Source: an uncultured Clostridia bacterium (lineage in GTDB: Bacteria > Acidobacteriota > Aminicenantia > UBA2199). From it: a DNA stretch of 64,000 nucleotides. The first letter of the stretch is position 1; the number at the start of each line of letters is the position of its first letter. The translations under genes and the position numbers were made by a program. The notes beneath the pieces are model-generated. The model saw only the letters and a list, made by a program, of their open reading frames with translations, did not search any database and was not told the DNA's origin. The stretch is taken from NCBI GenBank assembly GCA_964628035.1, contig CAZVPI010000005.1:83048-147047 (forward strand). Reading direction: 5' to 3'. Of the stretch, positions 30,001 through 38,715 are shown piece by piece.

Positions 30001-30754
30001 TTTTGATGATTTCCTTGGCCAGCTCCTGGTACTCGACCGCACCCCGGGAATTGGGGGCGAAGGTGAAGATCGATTCCTTGTAAGCCGGGCTCTCCTCCAG
30101 TCGGACATTCTTGGAGATGATGGTCTTGAAAACGCGTTCGGCGAACATCTTGCGGATGTGGGTCTCGCTGTCCTTGGCGATGACGATCCGCTTGTCGTAC
30201 ATGGTGATCAGGACGCCGAGCAGGCTGAGCTCGGGATTGCTGCGGGCGCGCACCTTCTCGAAGGTGTCGAGAAGGTCATCGGTCCCCTCCAGCGCGAAAT
30301 AGGAGGCCTGGATGGGGATGATCAGGTGGGTGGCGGCGACGAACGAATTGATGGTGATCAGCCCCAGCGTGGGAGGCGTGTCGATGAAGACGTAATCGAA
30401 CTTGTACTTGAAGGTGTCGAGCCTGTCCTTCAGGCGGTAATGCCCGTCGATCTCCCCTATCAGTTTCGATTCAAGCTTGGCCAGGGAGATCGAGGCCGGC
30501 AGCAGGGACAGGTTGATGATGCTGGTGGGCACGACCACGTCATCGAACGACATTTCGGTGTTTTCCAGAAGGTCGAAAGCCGAGCTTTTCTGCTGGCTGC
30601 GGTCCATGAAGGTGACGGTGGAATTGGCCTGGGGGTCCATGTCGATCAGCAACGTCTTGTGGCCCATGAGGGCAAATGCTGCCGCCAGGTTGATCGAGGT
30701 CGTGGTCTTGCCAACTCCCCCTTTCTGGTTCGCGATGGTGATGATCACGTTCAC
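29993..30754 (-). CDS. parA: ParA/Soj-family ATPase
   Basis: NQKGGVGKTT deviant Walker A, DMDPQANST, IDTPP, ESPAY; GTG start after AAGGA. Confidence 0.92.
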   Translation of the reverse strand: MNVIITIANQKGGVGKTTTSINLAAAFALMGHKTLLIDMDPQANSTVTFMDRSQQKSSAFDLLENTEMSFDDVVVPTSIINLSLLPASISLAKLESKLIGEIDGHYRLKDRLDTFKYKFDYVFIDTPPTLGLITINSFVAATHLIIPIQASYFALEGTDDLLDTFEKVRARSNPELSLLGVLITMYDKRIVIAKDSETHIRKMFAERVFKTIISKNVRLEESPAYKESIFTFAPNSRGAVEYQELAKEIIKNG

Positions 30755-30774
30755 TCCTTTATGTTCAGATTCGA

Positions 30775-30803
30775 TTTATAGTAAATGCAGGTTCGCTTGT
30801 CAA
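30775..30803 (-). promoter_or_regulatory. parAB promoter TTGACA-N17-TATAAA
   Basis: consensus -35 (30798-30803) and -10 (30775-30780) with 17-bp spacer. Confidence 0.75.
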
Positions 30804-30900
30804 TAGATAAAGTGAATAAGAATAGATGGAACGAACTCACAGTGTCGGTGTCAGTGCTGGAAACAGCAGTAGAACGAGCAACGGGCAAAATCACTTCATG

Positions 30901-30918
30901 ATGTCGGCATGCCGACAT
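30901..30918. promoter_or_regulatory. 18-bp perfect palindrome ATGTCGGCATGCCGACAT, candidate protein-binding site
   Basis: loopless palindrome in the der-parA intergenic region, about 100 bp upstream of the parAB -35. Confidence 0.55.
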
Positions 30919-31104
30919 TGGATTGATGATGGACCAAGAGGGCAAGGAGCTGGCATTCCCGGCAGAATAATTAAAAAAAATAATGAGGTATCATTTACAA
31001 AATCGTTGTTTTTTTGTGCGCTGACGTTAAAAACCCCTCTTAATAGCCGATATCTAATGATTTTTTAGTTCGTTGAGTGCTTTGGCCAACACGAACACTC
31101 CTCT

Positions 31105-32415
31105 CTATTTTTGAGATTGGATCTTGAAGAAAATCGGGATGCCCTCGAATCCCAGCTCCTGGATCAGCCGCTTCTTCAGGAACAGCTCGTCGGACGGGAG
31201 CAGCCTGGACCCTGATTTGGAGTGGAACTTGACGAAAAAAGGGCGCATCGATTCGATCGACACGAATTTCGGATTGAAAACGCGGTGGTCGGTGGTGGTT
31301 ATTTTCTTTTCGTGCAGGATGCGCTTGACCAGGTCGTTCAGGTGCGAGATCTTGATCTTCGCGTCCAGCTTGGCATTGATCGCCTGAGCCTTGTCGAGCA
31401 TGGAGAAGACGTTCTTGCCGCTCGCGGCCGAGACGGCGATCAAAGGGGCGAAATGCAAAGCGTGGAAGGGGGCTCGGACCCTCTCGAAGTACCTGTTGCC
31501 GGAGGTTCCCGCGTCCAGCAGGTCGGTCTTGTTTCCAACGATGAGCACCGGCTTGGCCGCCTTCGTCACCTTCTGGGCGATGAGCAGGTCGTTCTGGTCC
31601 ACTTTCTGCGTGATGTCGATGACAAAGAGGATGACGTCGGCGCGGCGCAGCTCGTTCTCGGCGCGGATGACGGCGGCGCATTCGGTGGTCTCCTTGACCT
31701 TCTGCATCTTGCGGATGCCGGCATTGTCCACCAGGATGAAGGTCTGGTTGTTGCGCCTGACCTCGAGGTCGACCGAGTCGCGGGTGGTCCCGGGCAGGGG
31801 GCTGACGATCACCTTGTCGTCGTTGAGAATGCGGTTGATCAGGGACGATTTGCCCACGTTGGGCTTGCCGATGATGCTGATGCGCGCCGCCGGCTCCTCC
31901 CCGCGCATGGGATCGGGGGCGTACTGCACGGCTTGATCGATCGCCGCGATCAGCGCTTCGACCCCCAGGTTGTGCTCGGCGGAGATGGGAACGAGGTCGG
32001 CGTTCAGTTCATAATAGGAAACGGGCAGCAGGAAGCGGTCGGGCGCATCGGCCTTGTTGACCACGGCGATGATCTTCTTGTGCAGCCTGCGGATGCTGAG
32101 GTAAAGGTCCTTTTCGTAGCCCAGCATCTCGCGCTTGCCGTCGAACAGGAAAACGATCAGGTCTGATTCCGATGCGGCCTGGAAGATCTTCCTGTTGATC
32201 TCCTCGGAGATGATCTCCTTGTCCGGGAAAAAGCCGCCGCTGTCCTGCAGGTCCAGCCATTTGTCACCCAGCCGCGTCTTTTGCCGGAACAGGTCGCGGG
32301 TCATCCCCGGCTGGTTGTGCACCAAGGCCTTGCGCTTGCCCAGCAGGCGGTTGAAGAGGGTCGACTTGCCCGTATTGGGCGCCCCGACGATGGTGACCAG
32401 CGGCAGCTTGCTCAT
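31105..32415 (-). CDS. der: ribosome biogenesis GTPase Der (EngA)
   Basis: two G-domains (GAPNTGKS, GKPNVGKSS, PGTTRD), NKAD and NKTD, KH-like C-terminus. Confidence 0.93.
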   Translation of the reverse strand: MSKLPLVTIVGAPNTGKSTLFNRLLGKRKALVHNQPGMTRDLFRQKTRLGDKWLDLQDSGGFFPDKEIISEEINRKIFQAASESDLIVFLFDGKREMLGYEKDLYLSIRRLHKKIIAVVNKADAPDRFLLPVSYYELNADLVPISAEHNLGVEALIAAIDQAVQYAPDPMRGEEPAARISIIGKPNVGKSSLINRILNDDKVIVSPLPGTTRDSVDLEVRRNNQTFILVDNAGIRKMQKVKETTECAAVIRAENELRRADVILFVIDITQKVDQNDLLIAQKVTKAAKPVLIVGNKTDLLDAGTSGNRYFERVRAPFHALHFAPLIAVSAASGKNVFSMLDKAQAINAKLDAKIKISHLNDLVKRILHEKKITTTDHRVFNPKFVSIESMRPFFVKFHSKSGSRLLPSDELFLKKRLIQELGFEGIPIFFKIQSQK

Positions 32416-32420
32416 CTCAT

Positions 32421-32575
32421 GGTGACAGTGACCGTGTCAGTGTCAGCAGGAAAATCGGGATCAAGAATTGTCGGAATCCTATTCTGAACTCGGGCACTGG
32501 CATGACGGTTCTGCTTCAGGATGGTCTCCAAGGGCATGGTTCAGGTCCTGCTGTCACTGTCAATGACACGGTCAC
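32421..32575. repeat. inverted pair of GTGAC/GTGTCA hexamer-repeat arms
   Basis: GTGACCGTGTCAGTGTCAGCAGGA (32428-32451) against TCCTGCTGTCACTGTCAATGACACGGTCAC (32546-32575). Confidence 0.6.
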
Positions 32576-33056
32576 CTGAAAAACGGATCATGGCGATGCT
32601 GAAGCACTCGATGGCCTCTCCCCTGCCGACCGCGTCCAGCTTTTCCTTCGTCTTGCCCTTGACGTTGATATCGCCCTGGGGAATGCCCAGGATCGAGGCC
32701 AGGCTGCCGGTGATCCGCTCCTTGAAGGGCGAGATCTTCGGCTCCTCGGCCACCACCACGCAGTCCAGGTTCATGATCTCGAAGCCTCCTTCGTCAAGGA
32801 GCGCCTTGACGCGCCGCAGCAGCTCGGCCCCGGCGATGCCCTTGCAGCGCGGGTCGCTGTCGGGGAAAAGCTCGCCGATGTCGGGACATCCCATGGCCCC
32901 GAGAAGGGCGTCGATCAGGGCGTGGATGAGCACGTCGCCGTCGGAATGGGCTTCGGCGCGGAGCGTGGGCGAGACCTTGACCCCGCCCAGCATCAGCCCC
33001 TCCCCCGGGACCAGGCGGTGAATGTCGTAGCCGACCCCGGAGCGGATCTTCATCAT
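32541..33056 (-). CDS. ispF: 2-C-methyl-D-erythritol 2,4-cyclodiphosphate synthase
   Basis: GVGYDIH, AHSDGDV, DIGELFPD, KTKEKL. Confidence 0.93.
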   Translation of the reverse strand: MMKIRSGVGYDIHRLVPGEGLMLGGVKVSPTLRAEAHSDGDVLIHALIDALLGAMGCPDIGELFPDSDPRCKGIAGAELLRRVKALLDEGGFEIMNLDCVVVAEEPKISPFKERITGSLASILGIPQGDINVKGKTKEKLDAVGRGEAIECFSIAMIRFSGDRVIDSDSRT

Positions 33057-34036
33057 GACGTCTTCCTGCCGAAGATGATCTTGCCCGAGGTCGACTGCAG
33101 CACCGAGGTCACCTCGATTTCGAGCTCGCGGCCGATGTCGCCCTTGGCCTCGTCGACCACCACCATGGTGCCGTCCTCCAGGTAAGCCAGGCCCTGCTTC
33201 TTTTCCTTGCCCTCCTTGGTGATGCGCACCTGCAGCTTCTCCCCCGGGTAGACGATGGGCTTGAGGGCGAAGGCGAGCTCGTTGACGTTCAGCACCTTGA
33301 CATCCTGAAGCTTGGCGATCTTGCTGAGGTTGACGTCGTTGGTGATGATCTTGAACTTGTGCTCCTGGGCCAGCAGGACGAGCTTCTGGTCGACCTCCTT
33401 GACGCCGGGAACGCTCTTGTTCAGGATGGTGACCGAGATCTCCTTGTTCTGCTGCAGCTGCTCGATGACGTCCAGACCCCGCTTGCCGCGCACTTTCTTG
33501 GTGGCATCGGAGGAATCGGCGATGAACTGCAGCTCGGCCAGCACGAACTGGGTGATGATCAGCTCGCCCTCGACGAACCCCGAGTTGGCGATGGCCACGA
33601 TGCGGCCGTCGATGATGGCCGAGGTGTCGAGCAGGTAGGACTGGGTGTAGGCGCTGCTGCCGCGGAAGAACTCGCGGATGTTCAGCGGCGAGAACATGTT
33701 GGGCTTGCTCAGCCCGATGAACAGGCCGGTGGCGGGGATGCCGAACAGGAACAGGGCCTTGAAGAACACGTAGGCCGAGAAGGAGATGGCGATCAGGTTG
33801 AACAGCTGGAACGTGACCCAGCCGATGAGGATGCCACCGAGCAGGCCCAGCGAGGCGCTCCAGATGTGCTTCAACTCGGCCTTGCGGATCTTGTAGACCA
33901 TCAGCGACAGGGCCAGGGCGAAGGCGGCGCCGAAGGCGGCGCCCAGCCCATGGGACGTGCCGGCGAACGGCGGGTGCGTGTAGCCGATGACGGCGAACAG
34001 GACGACGAAAATGAGCTCGTACAGGTAAATGATCAT
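33053..34036 (-). CDS. membrane PIN/TRAM-domain protein (YacL-like)
   Basis: TM region, LDTSAIIDGRI, RGKRGLD, VDQKL, TNDVNL, GKEKKQGLAYLEDGTMVVV. Confidence 0.9.
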   Translation of the reverse strand: MIIYLYELIFVVLFAVIGYTHPPFAGTSHGLGAAFGAAFALALSLMVYKIRKAELKHIWSASLGLLGGILIGWVTFQLFNLIAISFSAYVFFKALFLFGIPATGLFIGLSKPNMFSPLNIREFFRGSSAYTQSYLLDTSAIIDGRIVAIANSGFVEGELIITQFVLAELQFIADSSDATKKVRGKRGLDVIEQLQQNKEISVTILNKSVPGVKEVDQKLVLLAQEHKFKIITNDVNLSKIAKLQDVKVLNVNELAFALKPIVYPGEKLQVRITKEGKEKKQGLAYLEDGTMVVVDEAKGDIGRELEIEVTSVLQSTSGKIIFGRKTS

Positions 34037-34077
34037 GGCGTCTCCTTGGTTTCTGCCGGTGATTCCGCCTGATCCCG

Positions 34078-34106
34078 ATTGTACTCCATTTGCCCGGGCT
34101 TGGCAA
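34078..34106 (-). promoter_or_regulatory. promoter TTGCCA-N17-TACAAT for PIN/TRAM-ispF
   Basis: 17-bp spacer, near-consensus hexamers. Confidence 0.6.
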
Positions 34107-34160
34107 ATGGCGGAACGCTTGTCGCCATGCCGGCCTGTGCGCTTCGCTTGTGGCCTGGCG

Positions 34161-35522
34161 CTAGCTCTTGAACTGGGCCGGAAGGTCGCGGATGCTGTCG
34201 ATGGAGATAACCGATATTTCAGGATAATTTGACATCTTACTCTGGGCGGCTGGCAGCAGCAGCCTTGTAAAGCCTTGACGGTTCGCCTCCTTGATCCTGG
34301 TCTCAAGGAAACTGACCGGCCGAAGTTCGCCGGTGAGGCCGATCTCGCCCAGCGCTGCTGTATCAGGGGGCGGGGCCGCGTTCTTGGCGGAGGAGACCAG
34401 GGCCAGGCAGACGGCCAGGTCGGCGGCCGGCTCGCGGATGACCATGCCGCCGGTTACGTTCAGGAAAACGTCGGACTTGTAGAACGGCAGGCGCAGCTTC
34501 TTCTCGATGATGGAGATCAGCATGGCCAGCCGGTAGCCGTCGAAGCCGATGGCGATGCGCCGGGGGTTGCCGGCGAAGGGGCTCTCCCCCACCAGGGCCT
34601 GCACCTCGGTCAGCAGCGGCCGCGTCCCGTTCAGCGCCGGGAAGATGGCCGTCCCCGGCGCCCGCGACTGGCGGTTCTGGATCAGGACCCGGGAGGGGTC
34701 GCTGACCGAGGCCAGGCCGCGCTCCGACATCTGGAAGATGCCCACCTCGTTCAGGGGCCCGAAGCGGTTCTTCTCGGCGCGCAGCAGGCGCAGGTCGGCC
34801 TGGCTCTCGCCCTGGAAATAGAGGACGGCGTCCACCATGTGCTCCAAGGTCTTCGGCCCGGCCAACTGCCCCTCCTTGGTGATGTGGCCGATCAGGAAGA
34901 CGGTGACGCCGTCCCCCTTGGCCAGTTCGATCAGCCCGGCCGTGGCCTGGCGCAGCGCGGCCGGCGAGCCGCTGGGGGCTGTGCCGTTGCCGGACGCCAG
35001 GGTCTGGATGGAGTCGACGATCAGGAAGTCGGGCTTGGCCTCGCGGGTGCGGCGCAGCAGCTCCTCGAGGCTGCCGCTGATGAGAAGCAGGATGGCGCCG
35101 GCGCCGATTCCCAGGCGCTCGGCGCGCAGCTTGATCTGCTGGCCCGATTCCTCGCCCGAGTAGTACAGGACGCTCCGTCCCTGCCCGGCCAGGGCGGCGG
35201 CCACCTCCAGCAGCAGGGTCGACTTCCCCACCCCGGGTTCGCCGCCGATGAGCACGACCGACTGGCGGACGACGCCCCCGCCCAGGACGCGGTCGAACTC
35301 GGAGAGGCCGCTGAGCAGCCGCGGCGCCGCCAGGGCGTCGATGTCGCCCAGCCGCTGCAGCGTCCCCGCGGCGCCGACCGCGGCGGCCGCGGCCTCGCCC
35401 CCGCATTCGCTCAGGGTGTTCCAGCCCTGGCACTGCGGGCAGCGGCCGTAGTATTTCGGGGCCTGGAAGCCGCACTCGCTGCATTCGAACTGGGCGGCGG
35501 CTCTGCCGGGCTTGGCGGCCAT
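34161..35522 (-). CDS. radA: DNA repair protein RadA/Sms
   Basis: CSEC...CPQC zinc finger, GEPGVGKST, KNRFG, Lon-like C-terminus. Confidence 0.95.
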   Translation of the reverse strand: MAAKPGRAAAQFECSECGFQAPKYYGRCPQCQGWNTLSECGGEAAAAAVGAAGTLQRLGDIDALAAPRLLSGLSEFDRVLGGGVVRQSVVLIGGEPGVGKSTLLLEVAAALAGQGRSVLYYSGEESGQQIKLRAERLGIGAGAILLLISGSLEELLRRTREAKPDFLIVDSIQTLASGNGTAPSGSPAALRQATAGLIELAKGDGVTVFLIGHITKEGQLAGPKTLEHMVDAVLYFQGESQADLRLLRAEKNRFGPLNEVGIFQMSERGLASVSDPSRVLIQNRQSRAPGTAIFPALNGTRPLLTEVQALVGESPFAGNPRRIAIGFDGYRLAMLISIIEKKLRLPFYKSDVFLNVTGGMVIREPAADLAVCLALVSSAKNAAPPPDTAALGEIGLTGELRPVSFLETRIKEANRQGFTRLLLPAAQSKMSNYPEISVISIDSIRDLPAQFKS

Positions 35523-35563
35523 GGCGAAACCTCAGGCGAACGGCGCGGGGGCCATCGGCGCGG

Positions 35564-36931
35564 CTATTCCCTCTCGACGAATTCCATGTTGGCGAACTTG
35601 GTGAACTTGTCGAGGAAGGCCAGGGTGATCTTGCCGGTCGGGCCGTTGCGCTGCTTGGCGATGATCAGGTCGGCCTCGCCCTTTCTCTCGGAGTCCTTGT
35701 CGAACTGGTCGTCGCGGTGGATGAAGATGACCACGTCGGCGTCCTGCTCGATGGAGCCGCTCTCCTTGAGGTCCGACAGCTGGTACTTGGGCCCCTTCTC
35801 CCTCTTGCCGCCGCGGGTCTCGGGCGCGCGGTTGAGCTGGGCCAGGGCCACGACCGGGATCTGCAGCTCCTTGGCCAGCTCCTTGAGCGAGGCGGTGATG
35901 ATGGCCACCTCCTGGGCGCGCGTGTCGCTGCGGCGCAGGTGCTCGCCGGTGACCTTCATCAGCTGCAGGTAGTCGACAAAGACCACGTCCAGGTTCTTCT
36001 CGGCCTTCAGCTTGCGCGCCCGGGCCTTCATCTCGACGATGGACAGCGAGGCCGAATCGTCGATGTACAGCCGGGCCTTCTGCAGCTCGGAGGCGGCCAG
36101 CTCCAGGTCGCTCCACTCCTTTTTGGTCAGGTTGGGCCGGCCGGTGCGGATGGCGGCCATGCTCACCCGCGCCTGGATGGCCAGCATGCGCATCAGCACC
36201 TGCTGGCGCGACATCTCAATGGAGTAGAAGGCCACCGACTTCTCCTCCTTGACCGCCAGGTGCACGGCGATGTTCAGGGCCAGCGCCGTCTTGCCCATGG
36301 AGGGGCGGGCGGCGAAAACGATCAGGTCGCCCTTCTGGAAGCCCGAGGTGATGCCGTCCAGCTCGTAAAAGCCGGATTTCAGCCCCTGGCTCTCGCCCTT
36401 CTTCTGGATCTTCTCGATCAGGTCCATCGTCTCCGGGACCATGTCGGCGGTGGACTTGAAGCCGGCCTTCTCCCGCCACTCGGCGATGCGGATGAACTCC
36501 TCCTGCATCTCGTTGAGCAGGCCCACGGTGTCGGCGCCGGGCTCCACCCCCTTCTGGATGATCCCCCGCGAGGCCAGGATGATCTTGCGCAGCGTGGAGC
36601 GGTCCTTGACGATCTGGATGTATTCCTTGATGTCCAGGTTCTCGGGGATGTCGTCGACCAGGGCGGTGATGAAGGCGTGGCCGCCGACGAACTGCAGCTT
36701 CTTGCGCTTCTCTAGCAGGCTGGAGACGGTGATGATGTCGGCGGCCGAGCCGGCGTCGGCCAGCTGCAGCACGGCCTGGGCGATCAGCACGTGGCTGTCG
36801 CGGAAAAAGTCCTCGCTGACGAGCTCGGAGAAGACCTGGTTGATGTAGCGGTTGTCGACCAGCATCGCCCCCAACAGCGCCTTCTCGGCGATCTCGTCAT
36901 GGGGCAGGACCCCGTTGAGCTCCGGAGCCAT
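35564..36931 (-). CDS. dnaB: replicative DNA helicase
   Basis: AARPSMGKT, VDYLQL, AQLNR, LKESGSIEQDAD, KQRNGPTG. Confidence 0.96.
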   Translation of the reverse strand: MAPELNGVLPHDEIAEKALLGAMLVDNRYINQVFSELVSEDFFRDSHVLIAQAVLQLADAGSAADIITVSSLLEKRKKLQFVGGHAFITALVDDIPENLDIKEYIQIVKDRSTLRKIILASRGIIQKGVEPGADTVGLLNEMQEEFIRIAEWREKAGFKSTADMVPETMDLIEKIQKKGESQGLKSGFYELDGITSGFQKGDLIVFAARPSMGKTALALNIAVHLAVKEEKSVAFYSIEMSRQQVLMRMLAIQARVSMAAIRTGRPNLTKKEWSDLELAASELQKARLYIDDSASLSIVEMKARARKLKAEKNLDVVFVDYLQLMKVTGEHLRRSDTRAQEVAIITASLKELAKELQIPVVALAQLNRAPETRGGKREKGPKYQLSDLKESGSIEQDADVVIFIHRDDQFDKDSERKGEADLIIAKQRNGPTGKITLAFLDKFTKFANMEFVERE

Positions 36932-36938
36932 GGGCCGT

Positions 36939-37400
36939 TCAGGCCTGCGCTTCCTCTTCTTCCTTCAGGACCGTGACCGGGATCGCGGCTTCGACGCCCT
37001 GGAACAGCTTGATCCTGGCGGTGAATTCCCCCAGGCGCTTGATGGGCTCGTCGAGGTGGATCTTTTTCTTCTCCACGGCGACGCCCTGGTCGGCCAGCGC
37101 CTTCTCGATCTCGGCGGTCGTCACCGAGCCGAAGAGCACGTCGTTCTCACCGGCCTTCTTGCGCATGACCAGGCGCACGCCTTCCAGCTTGCGCTTCTGC
37201 TCGCCGGCGGCCAGCTTCTCCATCTCCAGCTTCTTCTGGTGCTTCTTCTTGCGGGCGGCCATCAGGGCCAGGTTGTGCTCGCTGACCTCGACGGCCAGAC
37301 GCCGCGGCATCAGGAAGTTGCGGGCGAAGCCCTTCTTGACCTCGACCACGTCGCCCAGCTGGCCCACCTTCTCCACGTCCGATGTCAGGATGACTTTCAT
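36939..37400 (-). CDS. rplI: 50S ribosomal protein L9
   Basis: [27 protein letters not shown]. Confidence 0.95.
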   Translation of the reverse strand: MKVILTSDVEKVGQLGDVVEVKKGFARNFLMPRRLAVEVSEHNLALMAARKKKHQKKLEMEKLAAGEQKRKLEGVRLVMRKKAGENDVLFGSVTTAEIEKALADQGVAVEKKKIHLDEPIKRLGEFTARIKLFQGVEAAIPVTVLKEEEEAQA

Positions 37401-37672
37401 GACAGCCTCTTCTTTTCCTCGGTGAAGCGGATCAGCGCCATCTGCCGGGCGCGCTTGATGGCCTTGGACAGCTGCTTCTGGTGGTAGGCGCAGGTGCCGC
37501 TGACGCGGGCCGGGAAGATGCGCCCCGTCTCGGAGATGAAGTTCTCCAGCACCTTGTGGTTCTTGTAATCGATCAAATGCACGCGTTCCTTGCAGAAGGC
37601 GCAGAACTTCTTGCGCGCCGAATAATATTTCTTGGCGGGCTTGCCCTCGCCGGCGTTACTTCTCGGTTGCAT
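37397..37672 (-). CDS. rpsR: 30S ribosomal protein S18 (Zn-binding C+ form)
   Basis: [25 protein letters not shown]. Confidence 0.95.
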   Translation of the reverse strand: MQPRSNAGEGKPAKKYYSARKKFCAFCKERVHLIDYKNHKVLENFISETGRIFPARVSGTCAYHQKQLSKAIKRARQMALIRFTEEKKRLS

Positions 37673-38087
37673 GGCTCTCCTCCTCGCTTTCGCCCGCGTC
37701 CCCGCCTTCCCTCTCCTCGCCGCGGTTCTCCAGGCTCTTCTTGCGGATGCGGTCGATCTTGGCCCAGCGCTTGGTCAGCTTGTTGGATTTCTTCAGCTTG
37801 TCGTCCAGGCGCAGGGTGATGAAGCGCAGCACCTTCTCCATCTGCTTCAGGCGCCGCTCCAGGGTGGCGACGACGCCGCCGTCCACCTGCGCCTGCACGA
37901 ACACGTAGTGCCCCTCCAGGTGCTTCTGGATGGGATAGGACAGCTTTTTCCGGCCCCACTCGTCCAGGCCCTCGATGACCCCCCCGGCCTTGGTGAGGAT
38001 CGAGGTGATGGCCTCGACGACCTTCTTGACTTCCTCGTCAGTCGCCTCGGGGGTGACGATGAAGCCGATCTCGTACCTGCTCGTCAT
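37656..38087 (-). CDS. rpsF: 30S ribosomal protein S6
   Basis: [21 protein letters not shown]. Confidence 0.95.
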   Translation of the reverse strand: MTSRYEIGFIVTPEATDEEVKKVVEAITSILTKAGGVIEGLDEWGRKKLSYPIQKHLEGHYVFVQAQVDGGVVATLERRLKQMEKVLRFITLRLDDKLKKSNKLTKRWAKIDRIRKKSLENRGEEREGGDAGESEEESHATEK

Positions 38088-38706
38088 GATTCCTCCTTGT
38101 GGATGGTTTAGCCTCTTCCTGAGGAAGAAGCAAGGAGTTGTTTCTCCTGTTGTATCGATTCATCACGTGATGAATGTCCTCTTGCAGGATGTCCTCGGCG
38201 GCGTCGGCGGCCCGCTCCGCCCCCGCACGCAGGGAGGCCAGCGGCCGGCCGCGCAGCGGCGTGAGCACGTAGCGCACCAGGTCGCCCACCTCGGGCCGCT
38301 CGGGGCGGATGCCGATGCGCAGGCGGGGGAACTCCTGGCTGCCCAGGTGCTGCAGGATCGAGCGCATCCCCTTGTGGCTGCCGGCGCTGCCGCGCTCGCG
38401 CAGGCGCACGCCGCCCAGCGGCAGGTCGATGTCGTCGTAGATGACGAGCAGCTCGCCGGCGTCCAGGTCGAACATGCGCCGCAGCTTGGCCACGGCCTGG
38501 CCCGATTCGTTCATGTAGGTCATGGGCTTGGCCAGGACCACGTCGCGACCGTGCAGCCGGGTCTTGCGGAAGCGCAGCAGGCCCCCCAGCGCGGCCAGCT
38601 CGACGCCATGGCGGCGGCACAGCTCGTCGATGCACAGGAAGCCCGCGTTGTGCGGGGTCTTCTCGTACTTCGCTTCGGGGTTGCCCAGTCCGATGAACGC
38701 AAAAAT
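38038..38706 (-). CDS. pth: peptidyl-tRNA hydrolase, apparent ATT start
   Basis: IGLGNP, TPHNAGF, KPMTYMNESG, YDDIDLP, GSHKG, RLRIGI; AGGAGG 5 nt before ATT at 38706. Confidence 0.9.
   Translation of the reverse strand: MFAFIGLGNPEAKYEKTPHNAGFLCIDELCRRHGVELAALGGLLRFRKTRLHGRDVVLAKPMTYMNESGQAVAKLRRMFDLDAGELLVIYDDIDLPLGGVRLRERGSAGSHKGMRSILQHLGSQEFPRLRIGIRPERPEVGDLVRYVLTPLRGRPLASLRAGAERAADAAEDILQEDIHHVMNRYNRRNNSLLLPQEEAKPSTRRNHDEQVRDRLHRHPRGD
38093..38137 (-). promoter_or_regulatory. structured rpsF leader, S6:S18 autoregulatory-type RNA
   Basis: CTCCTTG/CAAGGAG stem sequesters the SD; inner hairpin GCTTCTTCC/GGAAGAGGC; single-stranded CCA trinucleotides. Confidence 0.55.
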
Positions 38707-38715
38707 GGATCCCTC

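Noticed and set aside
30755-31104. AT-rich region next to parAB as a possible oriC
   Set aside because: No TTATCCACA-type DnaA boxes were seen, dnaA and dnaN are absent, and genes converge rather than diverge nearby.
38038-38541. ORF-track start for pth at 38541 (MVLAKPM)
   Set aside because: It would delete the conserved GLGNP and HNAGF catalytic region; the real start is upstream at 38706.
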